Of a DNA stretch of 18,204 nt, positions 16,236-18,204 are shown one piece after another (position 1 is the first letter of the stretch; each line of letters opens with the position of its first letter). Origin of the DNA: Armatimonadia bacterium. GTDB taxonomy: Bacteria > Armatimonadota > Zipacnadia > Zipacnadales > UBA11051. The DNA lies in NCBI GenBank assembly GCA_039683575.1, contig JBDKRC010000008.1:1-18204 (forward strand), given 5' to 3'. A program made the position numbers and the translations under genes. A model generated the notes under the pieces. The model was given only the letters and a program-made list of their open reading frames with translations. It did not search any database and was not told the origin of the DNA.

Positions 16236-16257
16236 AACGACGGGAGAAGCGCAGAGA

Positions 16258-17109
16258 ATGGCGGCAATGATCGGTTTCAGTAATGCAAGCCTCGCCCGGC
16301 ACTCGCTTGGCGAGGCTTGTTTGGTTGGGCATGAGCTTGGGTTTCGGGCGGTTGAGTTCCTGGCCTTCGATGGCTTTCGGCATAGCGCGGGGCCGCTGGC
16401 GGGGTTCTATTTTGAGCGGATGACGGAGGCGGAGAGGGAGGAGTTGCGGGAACTGGCGCAGGGGTTTGAGCGGGTTTCGCTGCATGCGCAGTTCTATGAG
16501 GTGCCGATTCTATCGCCCTCGCCCGCACTGCGGGAGGTGGCCTGGGAGCAGTTGGTGGTGTCTCTGCAGGCAGCGGCTAACCTGGGGGCGAGCACGGTCA
16601 CGACCCATGCGGCGCTTAAGGCTTCCTATTCGCTGGAGGAGAGTTGGGATGAGCTGGTGGCGCATTACCGGCGATTAGGGGACGTGGCGGCTGATCTGGG
16701 CGTGACGGTGACCATCGAGACGATCTTCCCGCCGACGATTGAGGATTTCGCGCGGCTCGTGCATGAGGTGGATCACCCGGCGGTGGGGGCCAATGTGGAT
16801 GTGGGGCATCTGCGGCACCTGGTGCCGGTGGAGGTGCGTGAGGCGGGGACGGTGGCGGAGTTCTATAACGATCTGCTGGAGCGGCACATACGGTCGCTGG
16901 GGGAGAAAGTGTGGCATTTTCATCTGCACGATGTGCGCGAGGAAGGGCTGCGCGACCACCGGGCGTGTGGGCGGGGGATCATTGACTATGGGCGGGTGAA
17001 GCGGGTGGCGGCGGAGGTGGGGTTTGACGGCGCGATGGTGTTTGAGCTTGAGGAGCCAGACGTGGTGGAGGCGTTGCGGGAGAGTTTTGAGGTGGTGCAG
17101 AGGGCGTAG
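16258..17109 (+). CDS. Sugar phosphate isomerase/epimerase (xylose isomerase-like / AP endonuclease 2 TIM barrel)
   Basis: 283 aa with GGAG upstream. Metal-binding pattern VTIET, NVDVGH, HFHLHDV, RDH, GRGIIDY, VFELEE. N-terminal ELGFRAVE. Confidence 0.88.
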   Translation: MAAMIGFSNASLARHSLGEACLVGHELGFRAVEFLAFDGFRHSAGPLAGFYFERMTEAEREELRELAQGFERVSLHAQFYEVPILSPSPALREVAWEQLVVSLQAAANLGASTVTTHAALKASYSLEESWDELVAHYRRLGDVAADLGVTVTIETIFPPTIEDFARLVHEVDHPAVGANVDVGHLRHLVPVEVREAGTVAEFYNDLLERHIRSLGEKVWHFHLHDVREEGLRDHRACGRGIIDYGRVKRVAAEVGFDGAMVFELEEPDVVEALRESFEVVQRA

Positions 17110-17123
17110 GATGGTCGGTGATT

Positions 17124-17147
17124 GCCCGACAGGAATGTCGGGCGTAC
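17124..17147 (-). repeat. REP-like hairpin (GTAC plus 8-bp palindrome)
   Basis: Minus strand GTAC-GCCCGACA-TTCC-TGTCGGGC, just downstream of the isomerase stop codon. Confidence 0.6.
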
Positions 17148-17171
17148 ATGAGAGACAGAGGCAGGGGGGCG

Positions 17172-17259
17172 GGGAAATGGGGACAGACACCATTTTCGCG
17201 CGATGGTTTCCGGGGGGAGTCTTGGTGGGTTGCGAAAGTGGTGTCAGTCCCCATTTCCC
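17172..17259. repeat. Long inverted repeat (REP doublet-like) between convergent genes, possibly also a bidirectional terminator
   Basis: Arms GGGAAATGGGGACAGACACCATTTTCGC (17172-17199) and GCGAAAGTGGTGTCAGTCCCCATTTCCC (17232-17259) match at 26/28, with a 32-nt spacer. Confidence 0.7.
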
Positions 17260-17277
17260 AGGTTGGTCGGGGATGCG

Positions 17278-17781
17278 TCACTCTGGCGCGGTGGTAGTGG
17301 CGGGGAGAACTTCGGCGTATTGCGGCTCGGGGTTCCCGTCGGTGCCGCCTGGATATAGGGTTATCACGGCGCGCACGACGTAGTATTGGCTTGTCGGCGA
17401 CTCGATGTGGACGATGCTGACCCCTTCGCCCCAGCCCGTCTTCCTTACGGCGATATCGAAATGGATGGGCTCGCCGGGTGTGTCCTCGAAAACGTCCGTG
17501 CTGCTGCTCCAGTTGGCGAGCCAGCCCTGCCAGGCGGTAGGGAAGTCGGTCCCCAGTGGCTCGAAAGTCTCCTGAGTCGGCCAGTCGTACCTGTCCCCAT
17601 CCACGAATACCCGCGCATTGGCAATCGGGTTGCCGTCGGGGTCCTGCACGCGGAGGCCCAGCGTCAGGGTGCGGTAGTCCGGGTAGTTGGAGTCGCCGGG
17701 GCCATAGCTTCCTCCACAGCCGGAAAGGAGGACCAGGATGCCTAACAACGCTGGGACGAGGATCAGGGATGTGCGGGACAT
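17278..17781 (-). CDS. Hypothetical lipoprotein with a prealbumin-like / carboxypeptidase-regulatory-like beta-sandwich
   Basis: The likely start is ATG 17781, with GGAGG at 17790-17794 on the minus strand. MSRTSLILVPALLGILVLLSG-C is a lipobox. LRVQDPDGNPIANARVFVDG and IAVRKTGW fit this fold. Confidence 0.7.
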   Translation of the reverse strand: MSRTSLILVPALLGILVLLSGCGGSYGPGDSNYPDYRTLTLGLRVQDPDGNPIANARVFVDGDRYDWPTQETFEPLGTDFPTAWQGWLANWSSSTDVFEDTPGEPIHFDIAVRKTGWGEGVSIVHIESPTSQYYVVRAVITLYPGGTDGNPEPQYAEVLPATTTAPE

Positions 17782-17910
17782 GGGAGTAGCCTCCAAGGGC
17801 TGACGGTGGCGCGATAGTCGGTCTATGGCTTAGTGCAGGGCGGAGGGGGGATTCTTCCCGTGGTGTTTGAGGGTGGGGGGCGGTGGGAGAAGGGCAGGAG
17901 GAGGGGCGAG

Positions 17911-18081
17911 GGTTGGTCGGTGATGGTCGCGATCAGTGATCGCTCGTACAGATGGGTCTGAAGGGATGTGGCGGTAGGGAGGTTGGTCGGTGATAACGGC
18001 GGGCCGGCTGAAGCGCGGCCCCTCCGGACGGCGAGAGAGAAGCGGAGGGTTGGTCGGTGATAACGGCGGGCCGGCTGAAGC
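17911..18081 (+). repeat. Cluster of REP-like units with an exact 34-nt direct repeat
   Basis: GGTTGGTCGGTGATAACGGCGGGCCGGCTGAAGC occurs at 17981-18014 and 18048-18081. Its first 14 nt also occur at 17911-17924, followed by the hairpin GCGATCA-G-TGATCGC and GTAC (17929-17949). Confidence 0.7.
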
Positions 18082-18083
18082 TC

Positions 18084-18204
18084 CTACCCATTACACACAT
18101 TTTGGTTTTTGGCAGGAGGTTCTGGACACCTGCTCAAGAATAGACGATGCTTGAGGTGATTCAAGCATGTCTGATTGGGTATCTCACGAGTTGGCAACGG
18201 TGCA
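18084..18204 (+). mobile_element. Probable left end of an IS4-family (IS50/Tn5-like) insertion sequence, truncated by the window edge
   Basis: CTACCCATTACACACATTT (18084-18102) matches the IS50 outside end CTGACTCTTATACACAAGT at 12/19 positions, including CT...TTA.ACACA. Composition switches abruptly to AT-richer here, and a transposase-like start follows. Confidence 0.6.
18167..18204 (+). CDS. Probable N-terminus of an IS4-family transposase (partial)
   Basis: GAGGTGA SD, then ATG 18167 giving MSDWVSHELATV..., which resembles the W-x-x-x-E-(F/L) start of the Tn5-type transposase DNA-binding domain (usually followed by LGD-x-R). Only 12 codons are visible. Confidence 0.5.
   Translation, partial: MSDWVSHELATV

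Noticed and set aside
17911-18081. CRISPR array (34-nt repeat with 33-nt spacer)
   Set aside because: Only two full copies plus a 14-nt partial. The hairpin extends past the repeat into the supposed spacer, the same 5' motif occurs scattered elsewhere, and no cas genes or leader are present.

Overview
GC-rich bacterial window, mostly carbohydrate-related genes. It holds three large secreted glycoside-hydrolase-like proteins, a Tat-exported DUF362 lipoprotein, an Asp-box (sialidase-fold) protein, a DegT-family aminotransferase, a sugar isomerase/epimerase TIM barrel and a small lipoprotein. The overall look suggests Armatimonadota or a Planctomycetota-like lineage, but that is only an impression. 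The standout is a two-gene unit at 7777-10824: a small winged-helix protein followed by an 879-aa double-domain KaiC-family ATPase. This ATPase is fused in frame, at the position of the KaiC A-loop/KaiA-binding tail, to a trehalose/maltose-type solute-binding domain with no signal peptide. No kaiA, kaiB or ABC permease genes are in the window. It may be a cytoplasmic sugar-gated KaiC switch. Intergenic regions carry several classes of REP-like hairpins, many sharing a short tail motif. The window ends in what appears to be the left end of an IS4-family (IS50/Tn5-like) element that has interrupted one of these repeats. All calls come from reading motifs by eye; no database searches were run.
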